Shown here piece by piece: positions 10,145-19,761 of a stretch of DNA of 32,054 nucleotides. The stretch is from contig JABIGM010000038.1 in assembly GCA_018650165.1 (NCBI GenBank), forward strand, positions 1 to 32,054, given 5' to 3'. This DNA comes from Methanobacteriota archaeon. GTDB lineage: Archaea > Thermoplasmatota > Poseidoniia > Poseidoniales > Poseidoniaceae. Position numbers and translations under genes: made by a program. Under the pieces are notes generated by a model. That model made no database searches and was not told the DNA's origin. It saw only the letters and a list, made by a program, of their open reading frames with translations. How positions within the stretch are numbered: the stretch's first letter is position 1; every line of letters starts with the position of its first letter.

Positions 10145-11176
10145 TTACATAGGTGGTTTCATGCCTCTGGGACGAAAAATCACCCACTTCATTTTCTTCA
10201 TTAGATTCCAGTAAAATCTGAATCCTACACCTATTGAACGGAATGGGTGACGAATAATATTGAGGGGATTTCCTATTTGCCATAGTGGATACAATAGTTG
10301 ATCGATCATATTTGGCTCAATATGTTCATCGATACCATACACGCTTGGGCGCTTGTCCTTTGGCATGTAATAGGTTCCAAACACTTGGTCCCATAATGGA
10401 AGCGCTACTCCATAATTTGTCCAAACTGCATCGTTTTCATTGCTATGGTGCCAATGGTGCATTTCTGGAGTCCCCACAAATGGATGCAGCCATCTAAATC
10501 TGAATTTTACATTTGCATGTAATAAGAGACCGAGAATAATTTGGAATATTGCGAATACTCCTGTTATCTCTGGACTGAAACCAGCGGCTATTAGGAATAT
10601 AAACGCGGGTGCAATCAATGTTCCATCAAATGGATGCGCCCTAAATCCACTAACCCAATCAAGATGTTCAGTTGAGTGATGAACAGCATGAAATTTCCAA
10701 AGAACTGGAATTTCATGGTAGAAGCGATGAGTCCAATATCCAATCATATCGAATATTAAAAAACCAACAATCGGCATCCATTGTACTGGAATCTCATCCA
10801 CTAATGGCCTGATTAGTAAGCCCGGTATCCAAGCGAAAGAAATGATGGCGACGATACCTGCGGCAATTAGTCCAACCAAATTGAGTAAAGGTGACGAAAG
10901 GGCATAACTAACATCCAATTTGTATAGTGGTCTACGGACTTTTTGCCCTTTGTGCCGTGGAAATAATTTCTCAACAGGTACTATGAGAATAAATAGGACA
11001 ATCATAAACACTAATCCTTCTGTTGAATAGAATACTGCCCCTCCAACAATCAATGCGGATAATAGGCGAATTAATGCTACTAATACCCATCCTCTGTCCT
11101 TTGCTTCTTCTTCAGGTGGGGGAGTATATTCCACTACTTCAGCAGGAAGAGGTCCAAGACGAATCTCTTCTTCCAT
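10145..11176 (-). CDS. Sterol desaturase / fatty acid hydroxylase family di-iron membrane enzyme
   Basis: His boxes HRFYH, FHAVHH, HANV, HHWHH; NYG..LPLWD..FGTY; several TMs. Confidence 0.92.
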   Translation of the reverse strand: MEEEIRLGPLPAEVVEYTPPPEEEAKDRGWVLVALIRLLSALIVGGAVFYSTEGLVFMIVLFILIVPVEKLFPRHKGQKVRRPLYKLDVSYALSSPLLNLVGLIAAGIVAIISFAWIPGLLIRPLVDEIPVQWMPIVGFLIFDMIGYWTHRFYHEIPVLWKFHAVHHSTEHLDWVSGFRAHPFDGTLIAPAFIFLIAAGFSPEITGVFAIFQIILGLLLHANVKFRFRWLHPFVGTPEMHHWHHSNENDAVWTNYGVALPLWDQVFGTYYMPKDKRPSVYGIDEHIEPNMIDQLLYPLWQIGNPLNIIRHPFRSIGVGFRFYWNLMKKMKWVIFRPRGMKPPM

Positions 11177-11196
11177 GATATAGAATAATTCCGATA

Positions 11197-11205
11197 ATAT
11201 ATAAT
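11197..11205 (-). promoter_or_regulatory. Putative archaeal TATA box for the desaturase gene
   Basis: TTATATA on the minus strand 22-28 nt upstream of the ATG at 11176, the spacing expected for a leaderless archaeal transcript. Confidence 0.45.
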
Positions 11206-11284
11206 TGAATACACAAATCTTCTAGTAAACATCTCGAAGTTATGAGTTTTGCAATGCCTTGACAATATTTTGATAAGGCCTCTA

Positions 11285-12397
11285 CTAAAGATAGTAATCA
11301 GGTTGCAAAGGCATTCCTGGCTCAACAGCGTACTGGTCAAAGTCCTCTATGCCTTCTTCTCGTAAAACCGATTCATCGGTGTGGAACTGTCCAGTAAATT
11401 CACTTGATTTACTCATTATCACGAATGCAGCATCGCCAACTATTCTTGGAATTCTACTACGTCTGACCATTTCAGCTCCACCAAGTGCCTCGTTGTATCT
11501 AACTGCGGCAGTATCAATTGTAGTGGCAGGCCAAAGGCCGTTTACAGATATTCCATCGCTTGATAATTCCTCTGCAAGACCCAATACAAGCATCGACATT
11601 GAGAATTTAGAGATTGTATAGGCTACAGTTCCCTTATACCACTTTGAATCCAATGAAATTGGCGGACAAATCAGTAATAATCGGCCGTTATCACTCTTGC
11701 GTAGGTGTGGTAATGCCGCTTGGCACAGCGCAAATGATGCACGGATATTTACCTCGTGGACAAGATCAAATCTCTTCATTGGAGTTTCATCAAACGGTGC
11801 AATAAATAACGCACCAGCATTGCAAATGACAGCATCAATTCCACCAAATGCATCAACACCTATCTGGACTGCAGCAATCACATCCTCATCATTGCGAACA
11901 TCACAAACCGCTGCTACTGCTTTGCCACCTACAGATTCAACCATTTCGGCGGTTTCATTCAGAGAGCCTTTCCCGTCTTCATCATCAAGTGTACGTCCAA
12001 GAAGAACAAGGTTTGCACCTTCTTCTGCGAAGCGTAGTGCCATTGCTCTCCCAAGTCCTCGACTGGACCCACTGATTAGCACAGTACGCCCAGCCCATGA
12101 TTCGATATCTGATATTTTTTCAGAACGCTGCATTAATTCATCGACAATGTCAGAGTATTCTCCCATTGCCTCTTCAGAGCCCTTACCTTTCTGTTTTTTC
12201 CAGGCTCGATATTTTGCTATTGCGACAATTCCTCCACTTACGGGGAGTCCTCCGGTTACATCACCTTCAGTAGATTGTTTATACAGAGAATATAGCAATA
12301 GCATAGTCTTGTCATCAGGTTTGCTACCAATGTTCATTACATCCTTTGCAGATTTCAAAAATCGCTTTTCGTTACCCAATCCATCAACTCCTTTCAT
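11285..12397 (-). CDS. Fusion of an N-terminal acyl-CoA-binding protein (ACBP) domain and an HSDL2-like short-chain dehydrogenase
   Basis: Residues ~13-88: LYSLYKQSTEGD...AKYRAWKKQKGKGSEEAMGEY (ACBP signature). Then TVLISGSSRGLG, CNAG, YTISK (YxxxK) and NGLWPATTIDTAAV (HSDL2-like). Confidence 0.9.
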   Translation of the reverse strand: MKGVDGLGNEKRFLKSAKDVMNIGSKPDDKTMLLLYSLYKQSTEGDVTGGLPVSGGIVAIAKYRAWKKQKGKGSEEAMGEYSDIVDELMQRSEKISDIESWAGRTVLISGSSRGLGRAMALRFAEEGANLVLLGRTLDDEDGKGSLNETAEMVESVGGKAVAAVCDVRNDEDVIAAVQIGVDAFGGIDAVICNAGALFIAPFDETPMKRFDLVHEVNIRASFALCQAALPHLRKSDNGRLLLICPPISLDSKWYKGTVAYTISKFSMSMLVLGLAEELSSDGISVNGLWPATTIDTAAVRYNEALGGAEMVRRSRIPRIVGDAAFVIMSKSSEFTGQFHTDESVLREEGIEDFDQYAVEPGMPLQPDYYL

Positions 12398-13412
12398 TCA
12401 ACCAATTCTCGAGAATATTCCTTCTATTCGGTGAATCTAAAGTGGTAGTATGCTCCAAATCAGAAACCAGATGAAACTGGTTTTCCTCATCTTCAGGAAT
12501 ATGCTTTAAAATCAAATTGTAGTGCTTTCTACCAAGTGTGTTATCATTTTTTGATTGAAGTGTGAGCACTGGTATTTTTGGTATCCCAATCTGTGGTAGT
12601 TTTGCGTTCCAAAATCTAATTGGTAAATCAGGATGTATTCTTTCCATCTCAGTGCGAATAATTCGGCGAATCAAAGGGCGACCAAAATTCCACATCGAAC
12701 CTACTCGCATTTTAACAATCAATGGTATTGATGTTACAGATGATTCCAAAATCAAAGAATCGAGTTGATCTGCCCACCATCCCGATTTGTGACTAGACAG
12801 TCTTAGGGCAAGAAATCCCCCCATCGAATGCCCGTAGAAATGCACCCGTGGTAATTCCTTGTACTCAGCAAGGATGGTATCTAAAAAGGCCTCGATGTCT
12901 GCTGCTACTTTCAGTAATGTCCAATCTTGATTTAGATCACAGCTACCATGCCCTCTCATGTCGATACCGGCTACATCAAATCCTTGATTGCTAAGATGGG
13001 ATATTCGGCTTTCTGCCCACGACATAGAAGATGAATATCCATGCATGTACAAAATCAAACCTTTCGATTTACCTTTTGCTGAAATGAAATATCCTATTGG
13101 TTCTTCGCCCCCCCATCCTGTGAATTTTATGTGGCGCCAATTTGGATTGATGTTGTTTTCTCCAACCCTTGGATGAGCTAGGAAAAATGCTGACAATACC
13201 TTTGCTTCCAAAGCCAAGTAGGTTGCATTCAATGCAATAGCAATAGCAATTGTCCAGAATAGAATATTCACCAGAATTTGACTCTCCTGACTCCACAATA
13301 TCAACTCAATGACGATTAGGGCCCAGAATATAGTCCAAGGCCATGTCATTTTCCATTGCAAACTTTTGGAATATGCAGCCGCACCTTTGCTCATTGGATA
13401 CTGTGACTTCAT
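12384..13412 (-). CDS. Membrane-anchored alpha/beta hydrolase (lipase/esterase)
   Basis: Two N-terminal TMs, HGYSS oxyanion motif, GHSMGG nucleophile elbow, candidate Asp (QSKND) and His (LEH). Confidence 0.9.
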   Translation of the reverse strand: MKSQYPMSKGAAAYSKSLQWKMTWPWTIFWALIVIELILWSQESQILVNILFWTIAIAIALNATYLALEAKVLSAFFLAHPRVGENNINPNWRHIKFTGWGGEEPIGYFISAKGKSKGLILYMHGYSSSMSWAESRISHLSNQGFDVAGIDMRGHGSCDLNQDWTLLKVAADIEAFLDTILAEYKELPRVHFYGHSMGGFLALRLSSHKSGWWADQLDSLILESSVTSIPLIVKMRVGSMWNFGRPLIRRIIRTEMERIHPDLPIRFWNAKLPQIGIPKIPVLTLQSKNDNTLGRKHYNLILKHIPEDEENQFHLVSDLEHTTTLDSPNRRNILENWLNERS

Positions 13413-15196
13413 CAGAAGGCAGCCTCCGGGTATGACATTAGGTGCTTGTGTCCTGCGAGGATTTTAGCGGCAAGTCCAACATTGTCTGGATGAATTTCTG
13501 CAAAGAATACTCTTGCGCTTGCAAGTTTGGCTTCATGAAATTCAGTTGAGGTTCCTTTAGTCTTAGCATCTAGACAAACTCGCGCCATTTTTGCCCATAA
13601 GTAGGCTAGTAAGGTATTTCCGAAGTATGTACAATAATCGGTAGCACCTGCTGCCAAGAAGTGTGGATTACCTGCGCCTTCTGCCATTAGGAGAAGTGTT
13701 AGTTGTTGTAATCCTTTTACACTTTTATGCAGTGGCTTATTGAATTCTTCCATTTCCTCAATAGCACGACTTTCTTCTATGAATTCAAGTAATGGCCACA
13801 TCAAATGACGAAGATTCTGACCGAAATTTTGGGTGACTTTTCGGCCTACTAAATCGAGTGCTTGTATTCCGTTAGTTCCTTCCCAAATGGGAGCAATTCT
13901 TACATCACGATAGAATTGTTCAACTCCGTATTCAGAACAATAACCAGCCCCTCCCATAACCTGGATAGAAAGCGATGCACTCTGACACCCAACATCTGTC
14001 GAATATGCCTTCATGACAGGAGTGAGTAATGCGATTAGTGAAGTAGCTTGTTTTTTGGTTTCTCCATCGCCTCTTTTCATCTCATCGAGTAGTATCCCAA
14101 TCCATGTTCCTAGGGCTCTAGTGCCTTCACAGTTAACTTTGGCCTTTAGCAACATTCTACGGACATCTGGATGAACTAGAATGTTATCTGCAGGAGCATC
14201 TAGATCTTTCATACCACGTAGGTCTCTTCCTTGACGTCTTTCTAGAGACCAGGCTAATGCATTTTGATATGCAATTTCACCCAGTCCAAGACCCATCATT
14301 CCAGTGGCAAGTCTTTCTCTGTTCATCATCTCGAACATCAGCGCCATACCTGTATTCTCTTCACCTACTAGCCAGCCTTTACTAGAATCGAAATTAAGTA
14401 CACAGGTTGGTGAACCATGGAGGCCCATTTTGTCTTCAATTCCTGAAATTGATGTACCGTTTTTTTCACTGGAAAGATCATCACCTTCACTGAGGTATTT
14501 TGGTACAAGAAATAGCGAGATACCTTTGGAACCCTCTGGAGCATCTGGTAGTTTCGCTAGCACCATATGAACGATATTATCACTCAAATCATGGTCGCCT
14601 GCTGTAATGAATATCTTTGTACCTGTTATCGTATATGTTCCATCTTCTTGAGGGATTGCTTTGGTCTTGATCAGCCCAAGGTCGGTACCACAATGTGGCT
14701 CGGTAAGGCACATTGTGCCACACCATTCTCCGCTACCAATTTTGGCAGCATAAAGGTCGATATTTTCCTGTGAAGCATGACCACTTATTATGTCGTAAAC
14801 ACCCAGGCTCAATGCGGCTACAACGGAGATTGCCATATTGCAAGAAATCGCAGGCTCATCCATTGCATTACGGAAGAAGAGTGGCAATTCCATACCTCCA
14901 TGTTCCTCTTTGCAAACCGCCTGTAGCCAGCCGGAATCAACAGTTTGCTTCCATGCCTCTTTGAAACCAGGTGGTGAGAAAACTTCTCCATTCTTCAATT
15001 GAGAACCAAATTTATCACCATCAATGTTTGATGGCTTCCACACATCAATAACGAATTGTGACCACTCTTCAGTCATCATATCCAAGGCCTCTCTGTCCAT
15101 ATTATCATACTCTAAGCGATTACACACTTCAACAACATCGAATACTTCGTGGAATAGGAAATTGTAGTCGTCCAAAGGAGCCTTGTATACAGTCAT
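13412..15196 (-). CDS. Acyl-CoA dehydrogenase (~595-aa FadE5/DmdC-like family)
   Basis: YKAPLDDYNF N-terminus, MCLTEPHCGTDLG, GTKIFIT, EDKMGLHGSPTC, IWEGTNGIQ (catalytic Glu). GGAGG at 15203-15208 favours the ATG at 15196 over 15202. Confidence 0.95.
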   Translation of the reverse strand: MTVYKAPLDDYNFLFHEVFDVVEVCNRLEYDNMDREALDMMTEEWSQFVIDVWKPSNIDGDKFGSQLKNGEVFSPPGFKEAWKQTVDSGWLQAVCKEEHGGMELPLFFRNAMDEPAISCNMAISVVAALSLGVYDIISGHASQENIDLYAAKIGSGEWCGTMCLTEPHCGTDLGLIKTKAIPQEDGTYTITGTKIFITAGDHDLSDNIVHMVLAKLPDAPEGSKGISLFLVPKYLSEGDDLSSEKNGTSISGIEDKMGLHGSPTCVLNFDSSKGWLVGEENTGMALMFEMMNRERLATGMMGLGLGEIAYQNALAWSLERRQGRDLRGMKDLDAPADNILVHPDVRRMLLKAKVNCEGTRALGTWIGILLDEMKRGDGETKKQATSLIALLTPVMKAYSTDVGCQSASLSIQVMGGAGYCSEYGVEQFYRDVRIAPIWEGTNGIQALDLVGRKVTQNFGQNLRHLMWPLLEFIEESRAIEEMEEFNKPLHKSVKGLQQLTLLLMAEGAGNPHFLAAGATDYCTYFGNTLLAYLWAKMARVCLDAKTKGTSTEFHEAKLASARVFFAEIHPDNVGLAAKILAGHKHLMSYPEAAF

Positions 15197-15209
15197 AAGC
15201 ATCCCTCCT

Positions 15210-17600
15210 TCAGTTCCTCAATGGTTTGCCTTTGCTCAGCATATGTTCCATTCTAGCCAGGCTTAGTTCATTTCGAGCCAGTGTCGAAATTGCTTTTCTT
15301 TCGAGCGCAAGAATGTCGTCCTCACTCAATTCCTTTGTATGGTCACATTCTCCTCCGGTCAGAACTTTTGCAAGTTCACTGATAACCGTAATGTCATGAG
15401 GGGTAGCATGACCGGCAATAGCAAGATCGTTCAACGCCATGGCTAGTGCGGATTTTCCAGAAGGCCCAGGTAGGTGGTAGACATGAGGTACAGGTGGGCA
15501 ATAATCTTCGGCTAGTTCTAGCAAGTATGATTTAGCATTGGACAAAACATGATTACGGTTCATAGTGATACGGTCGCTTCCTCGAAGGTAACCTAGATCT
15601 TTGGCCTGTTGAGCAGATTTAGCAATCTTAGCCATACCTATATTTTCGAATACCATCATGGTTGCAGCCATTGGCCCCAATCCTACGAGTTTCTCTGTAG
15701 TGACTCGTGCAAGCATCTCTTTACAACCTCCCCAGGCGGGGATAATACCTACTCCGGTTTCAACCAATCCGATATATGATTCTGAATGTGCAACAATACC
15801 ATCGGAGTGCAGAAGAATTTCACATCCACCTCCAAGGCACATTCCAGATGCTGCCGAAACAACAGGGACTTCGGCATATTTTAGAGCTTGATATGTGTCT
15901 TGACCTAGAGCAATAAAGTCCTCCAATGTGCCCCATGCTCCAAGGTTTGCAGCAAATAATGCAAGTCCAAGATTTGCACCTGCACAGAAATTGGCAGAAT
16001 CGTTGGCGATTAGTATTCCCTTCCAACCATCGCTTTCTGCAATGTCTACAGCAGCGAGGAGTATTTCCATGATAAATGGATCTAAAGCATTCATTTTTGA
16101 GTGGAATTCCACTAAAAGGACTCCATCATTGGCATCCCAAATACTGGCCGAAGCATTTCTTCTAATCGCCTCACCTCGTCTACGTTTGATGTCTGCTACA
16201 GTAGTATCTTGAGCGCCTTTTAGAATTTGATTGTGTCCTCCAGTGAAATCCAGTCGAGTTATTTCGGCTTCCTCTATCCCGTAGAACGAACCGTGCTCTG
16301 CCGCAAGTGACAGGAATGGCGGAATTACAATATTAGATGATTTCATTTCTTTGACAAGCCAATCGATACCAATGGAATCCATCATTTCAAAAGGTCCCTT
16401 CTTCCAACTATATCCTACCTTCATCGCATCATCAATCGCATGAATATCTTCACTGACAGTCGGTACGAGTGAGGCAGCATAAGCAAACGTATCAAGCAAT
16501 ATTTCTTTGACGAAAGTAGCACCCTTGTCCGGGTGAGTCATAAGGCGCTTGAGTCCTTGCCGACCGACTTTAGCAGAAGAAAAAGCAGCCTTGCGATTAG
16601 CGGTTTGATATGCTCCGTCGACGAGACTTCTTGCTTCTTTAGTGCGCTTACCACCTTCGGTATTGAGTCTGAAGAATCCACCTTTACCCTTGCGCCCAGT
16701 ATATCCATCAGAGATCATTTTCTCAATGACATCTACTCCCTTTCCTGCTATGGTGTGCAGTGGGTCCTCAGGTGGCAGATTATCCACCATGCTCTGGACA
16801 ACGGCGGGAATAATATCGATTCCAACTAGGTCCATCAATGCGAAAACACCAGTCTTTGGTAAGCCAATAGGACGGCCAAGCATAGCATCTGCCTGTTCCA
16901 CGGTGAAGCCATAATCTAATGTGGCTGCAATGGAACGTTGGACGAAGTATATTCCAAGACGATTGCCTATGAAGCCCGGAGTGTCATTGCAAAGAATTAC
17001 TTTCTTTCCGAGTCTCTCGGATGCGAAGATATTCATTTTGTGGAATAAGTCCTCTTCCACTTCTTCTCCGACAACTAATTCCAGTAAAGGGAGATAGCGA
17101 GGGGGATTGAAAAAGTGTGTAATTAGGAATCTTGAAGCTAAAGATGAACTCATCCCCTTGACAAGAGACGATCTTGGAATTGTTGATGTGTTTGAAGATA
17201 AAATAGCACTTTTTGAAAGATGTTTTTCTATATTGGAATAGATGGTGTGCTTGATGTCAAGGCGTTCCACTACAACTTCCACTACCCAGTCTCTATCTTT
17301 GAGGAGATGCAAATCATCCTCAAGATTAACGGGGTGTATTCTTTGGGAATTTGATGGGTGCATAAGAGGTTCAGGGTTACTTTTTTTCATTCGTAATATT
17401 GCTTCTCGAGCAACAATAGACCTATCAGTGGCACCTTTTGGGACGATGTCGTATAGTAGAACATCGCAACCTGCATTTGCACAATGGGCGGCAATACCTG
17501 CGCCCATGATTCCACTTCCAATAACTGCAACTTTGTTGATAGAACCATTGCTCTTCAATTCGGTTTTAATCACAGGAGATTGGATGTCAAGTACCATCAT
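15210..17600 (-). CDS. fadN: 3-hydroxyacyl-CoA dehydrogenase / enoyl-CoA hydratase multifunctional enzyme (FadN-like domain order)
   Basis: VAVIGSGIMGAG, SSNTST, HFFNPPRYL, NDTPGFIGNR; C-terminal crotonase motifs FCAGANL, LGGGCE, GLVETGVGIIPAWGG. Confidence 0.93.
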   Translation of the reverse strand: MMVLDIQSPVIKTELKSNGSINKVAVIGSGIMGAGIAAHCANAGCDVLLYDIVPKGATDRSIVAREAILRMKKSNPEPLMHPSNSQRIHPVNLEDDLHLLKDRDWVVEVVVERLDIKHTIYSNIEKHLSKSAILSSNTSTIPRSSLVKGMSSSLASRFLITHFFNPPRYLPLLELVVGEEVEEDLFHKMNIFASERLGKKVILCNDTPGFIGNRLGIYFVQRSIAATLDYGFTVEQADAMLGRPIGLPKTGVFALMDLVGIDIIPAVVQSMVDNLPPEDPLHTIAGKGVDVIEKMISDGYTGRKGKGGFFRLNTEGGKRTKEARSLVDGAYQTANRKAAFSSAKVGRQGLKRLMTHPDKGATFVKEILLDTFAYAASLVPTVSEDIHAIDDAMKVGYSWKKGPFEMMDSIGIDWLVKEMKSSNIVIPPFLSLAAEHGSFYGIEEAEITRLDFTGGHNQILKGAQDTTVADIKRRRGEAIRRNASASIWDANDGVLLVEFHSKMNALDPFIMEILLAAVDIAESDGWKGILIANDSANFCAGANLGLALFAANLGAWGTLEDFIALGQDTYQALKYAEVPVVSAASGMCLGGGCEILLHSDGIVAHSESYIGLVETGVGIIPAWGGCKEMLARVTTEKLVGLGPMAATMMVFENIGMAKIAKSAQQAKDLGYLRGSDRITMNRNHVLSNAKSYLLELAEDYCPPVPHVYHLPGPSGKSALAMALNDLAIAGHATPHDITVISELAKVLTGGECDHTKELSEDDILALERKAISTLARNELSLARMEHMLSKGKPLRN

Positions 17601-18721
17601 TCAACCCTCCTGAGTACTGTGGCAATTCCCTGGCCACCGCCTATGCACATGGTTGCAAGTGCAATATTCGCTTTATTTCGTGTGAGTATTGTTACAGCAC
17701 GTCCAACAATTCTTGCACCGCTGGCTCCAAGTGGGTGGCCAAGTGCGAGAGCACCCCCGTCGATGTTGACCTTGGAGGTGTCTATTCCAAGTTCTTCAAT
17801 AACTGCAAGTGATTGTGCTGAAAATGCCTCATTAAGTTCGATTACATCGATATCTTCCAGGCCGACACCGGCTCTAGCCAGTGCTTTCTGAGATGCACCA
17901 ACTGGACCTATGCCCATAATTTCGGGAGAGCAACCTGACACAGCAGTTGATTCTATAGATGCTAGTATCTTTAATCCTTGTGTGCGTGCAAATTCATCGC
18001 TACAAACGAGGACAAAGGCAGCACCATCTGTGAGCGGTGAAGAAGTTCCAGCGGTTACGCTACCATCCGCCTTGAATGCAGGCTTCAGTCTAGCAAGGGA
18101 ACTTGTATTGGAATCGGGTCTAATACAACCATCAGTTGAGACCACTCCATCAGTAGTGGTTATTGGAATTATGACATCAGTGAAGTCAGCATTCGCTGCC
18201 TTGCGGTGGCTTTCAACAGCAAATTCTTCTTGATTTTTCCGTTCAATTTCATAGATTGCAGCAAGATTCTCAGCAGTCAATCCCATGTTTGTGAAAGCAT
18301 CTGGCATTTCTGCTGCGAGTCTTGGATTAGGCATTGGATTAAAACCTGACATTGGTATTCTTGTCATAGATTCAACCCCTCCTGCGATAAATGCATCTCC
18401 CGAGCCCATAGCGATTCTACCGGCGGCATCATGAATCGCTTGCATTGAAGACCCACAAAACCGATTGACAGTAACCCCGGCGACTGTGTGTGGTAACTCG
18501 GTGAGGAAGGATAGCATTCTTCCCAAATTGAAGCCCTGTTCAGCTTCAGGAAAAGCGCAACCTAGTATCAAGTCTTCAATCAGATTTGGATCAATTCCAG
18601 TTTTTTCAATCAATCCCTTAACGACTTCAGCCGCTATGTCATCAGGTCGAGAACCTGCCAAATCTCCTTTTTTGGCGGGGGTGAATGGGGACCTATAGTA
18701 TCCACAAATTACGGCTGGCAT
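17597..18721 (-). CDS. fadA: Acetyl-CoA C-acyltransferase (3-ketoacyl-CoA thiolase)
   Basis: NRFCGSS (active-site Cys), NEAF, GHPLGASG, MCIGGGQG; ATGA overlap with the fadN-like gene. Confidence 0.95.
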   Translation of the reverse strand: MPAVICGYYRSPFTPAKKGDLAGSRPDDIAAEVVKGLIEKTGIDPNLIEDLILGCAFPEAEQGFNLGRMLSFLTELPHTVAGVTVNRFCGSSMQAIHDAAGRIAMGSGDAFIAGGVESMTRIPMSGFNPMPNPRLAAEMPDAFTNMGLTAENLAAIYEIERKNQEEFAVESHRKAANADFTDVIIPITTTDGVVSTDGCIRPDSNTSSLARLKPAFKADGSVTAGTSSPLTDGAAFVLVCSDEFARTQGLKILASIESTAVSGCSPEIMGIGPVGASQKALARAGVGLEDIDVIELNEAFSAQSLAVIEELGIDTSKVNIDGGALALGHPLGASGARIVGRAVTILTRNKANIALATMCIGGGQGIATVLRRVE

Positions 18722-18742
18722 AATATTGTCACGGCGGTGTAA

Positions 18743-18750
18743 TAATTAAA
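18743..18750 (-). promoter_or_regulatory. Putative TATA box of the beta-oxidation operon
   Basis: TTTAATTA on the minus strand 22-29 nt upstream of the thiolase ATG at 18721. Confidence 0.4.
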
Positions 18751-18849
18751 CCGGCAAGTATCATCGGCAACACCTGATATAAATTCAGACAGTTGGTGCT
18801 TTAGGAGTGATAACCCAAACCACACCTTTGTGAACCAAGACCTCTTGCG

Positions 18850-19353
18850 ATGTCTATGGCCAAGATACTGATGATTACCGCTACCTCGGATAATAATCTC
18901 GCTTTAGCAGAAAAGTTCGCAGATGCTGCAAGTGGTATGGGACACGAATCTGATATTGTTAATCTCGCGGAATTGGATATGCCAATGTTCACCGTTGCAA
19001 GATCTAAGGAACTTGATGTAGTTCCAGGAATGGCCGCCCTCAAAGAGGCTATGTCGTCTGCTGATTCTTGGATGATTGTAGCTCCTGAATACAACGGTTC
19101 TATGCCACCAACTCTCAACAATGCAGTAGCATGGCTTAGTACAGAATGGCAAGACTTCCGTGCATTGTTCAATCGTCGTAAAGTTGGACTTGCAACCCAC
19201 AGTGGTGGCGGTGGCGAGCATGTAATCATGGCAATGCGCCAGATGTTCTCTTATCTTGGGTGCAATGTTATCGGGCGAAAATTAGTTTCCAACAAGGATA
19301 AAGAAGCAAATCCAGAGACTATCGAGGATATGCTTAACCAGCTTGCTAACTGA
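18850..19353 (+). CDS. NAD(P)H-dependent FMN reductase (flavodoxin-like fold)
   Basis: IVAPEYNGSMPPTLNNAVAWLS, KVGLATHSGGGG. Confidence 0.92.
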   Translation: MSMAKILMITATSDNNLALAEKFADAASGMGHESDIVNLAELDMPMFTVARSKELDVVPGMAALKEAMSSADSWMIVAPEYNGSMPPTLNNAVAWLSTEWQDFRALFNRRKVGLATHSGGGGEHVIMAMRQMFSYLGCNVIGRKLVSNKDKEANPETIEDMLNQLAN

Positions 19354-19374
19354 TTTCCTGTAGTAGAAATTACT

Positions 19375-19761
19375 ATGACAGATGCGCTTTCAGTGCGTAC
19401 TATGGAGAATAACGAGTGTTTCATCACCACCGTGGGTGAAGATTGGGAAAGAATCGAAGATTGCAATGTTCATATGAACGTAAAGCGCCGATTGCAGCGC
19501 ACAGTTATTCGTGGTAATGAAGGAGATGACCTTCTTGATGAAGGTGCAGAATCCGCAGTTTACACAATCACAGGTAAGATGGATATGGACCAGTACAAGA
19601 GAATCCTAGTCATATTCAGAAAGGACCAACCAATCTTCCACGACCCATTCGAAGATCGCCAGATGAAGGCAGTATTCTCAACTATCGATTATGACAGTAG
19701 GAGTGGAGAATTCGAGTTCATTCTAGTCGAAGATGCTGAACAAGACGAAATCATGTCTTGA
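19375..19761 (+). CDS. Hypothetical protein (128 aa), possible phage tail-tube/DNA-circularisation N-domain-like fold
   Basis: Co-oriented with the FMN reductase (21-bp gap) and fills the space up to the convergent gene. The fold guess comes from motif spacing only (see findings). Confidence 0.75.
   Translation: MTDALSVRTMENNECFITTVGEDWERIEDCNVHMNVKRRLQRTVIRGNEGDDLLDEGAESAVYTITGKMDMDQYKRILVIFRKDQPIFHDPFEDRQMKAVFSTIDYDSRSGEFEFILVEDAEQDEIMS

Noticed and set aside
11697-12434. 245-aa plus-strand ORF
   Set aside because: Antisense shadow of the ACBP-SDR gene.
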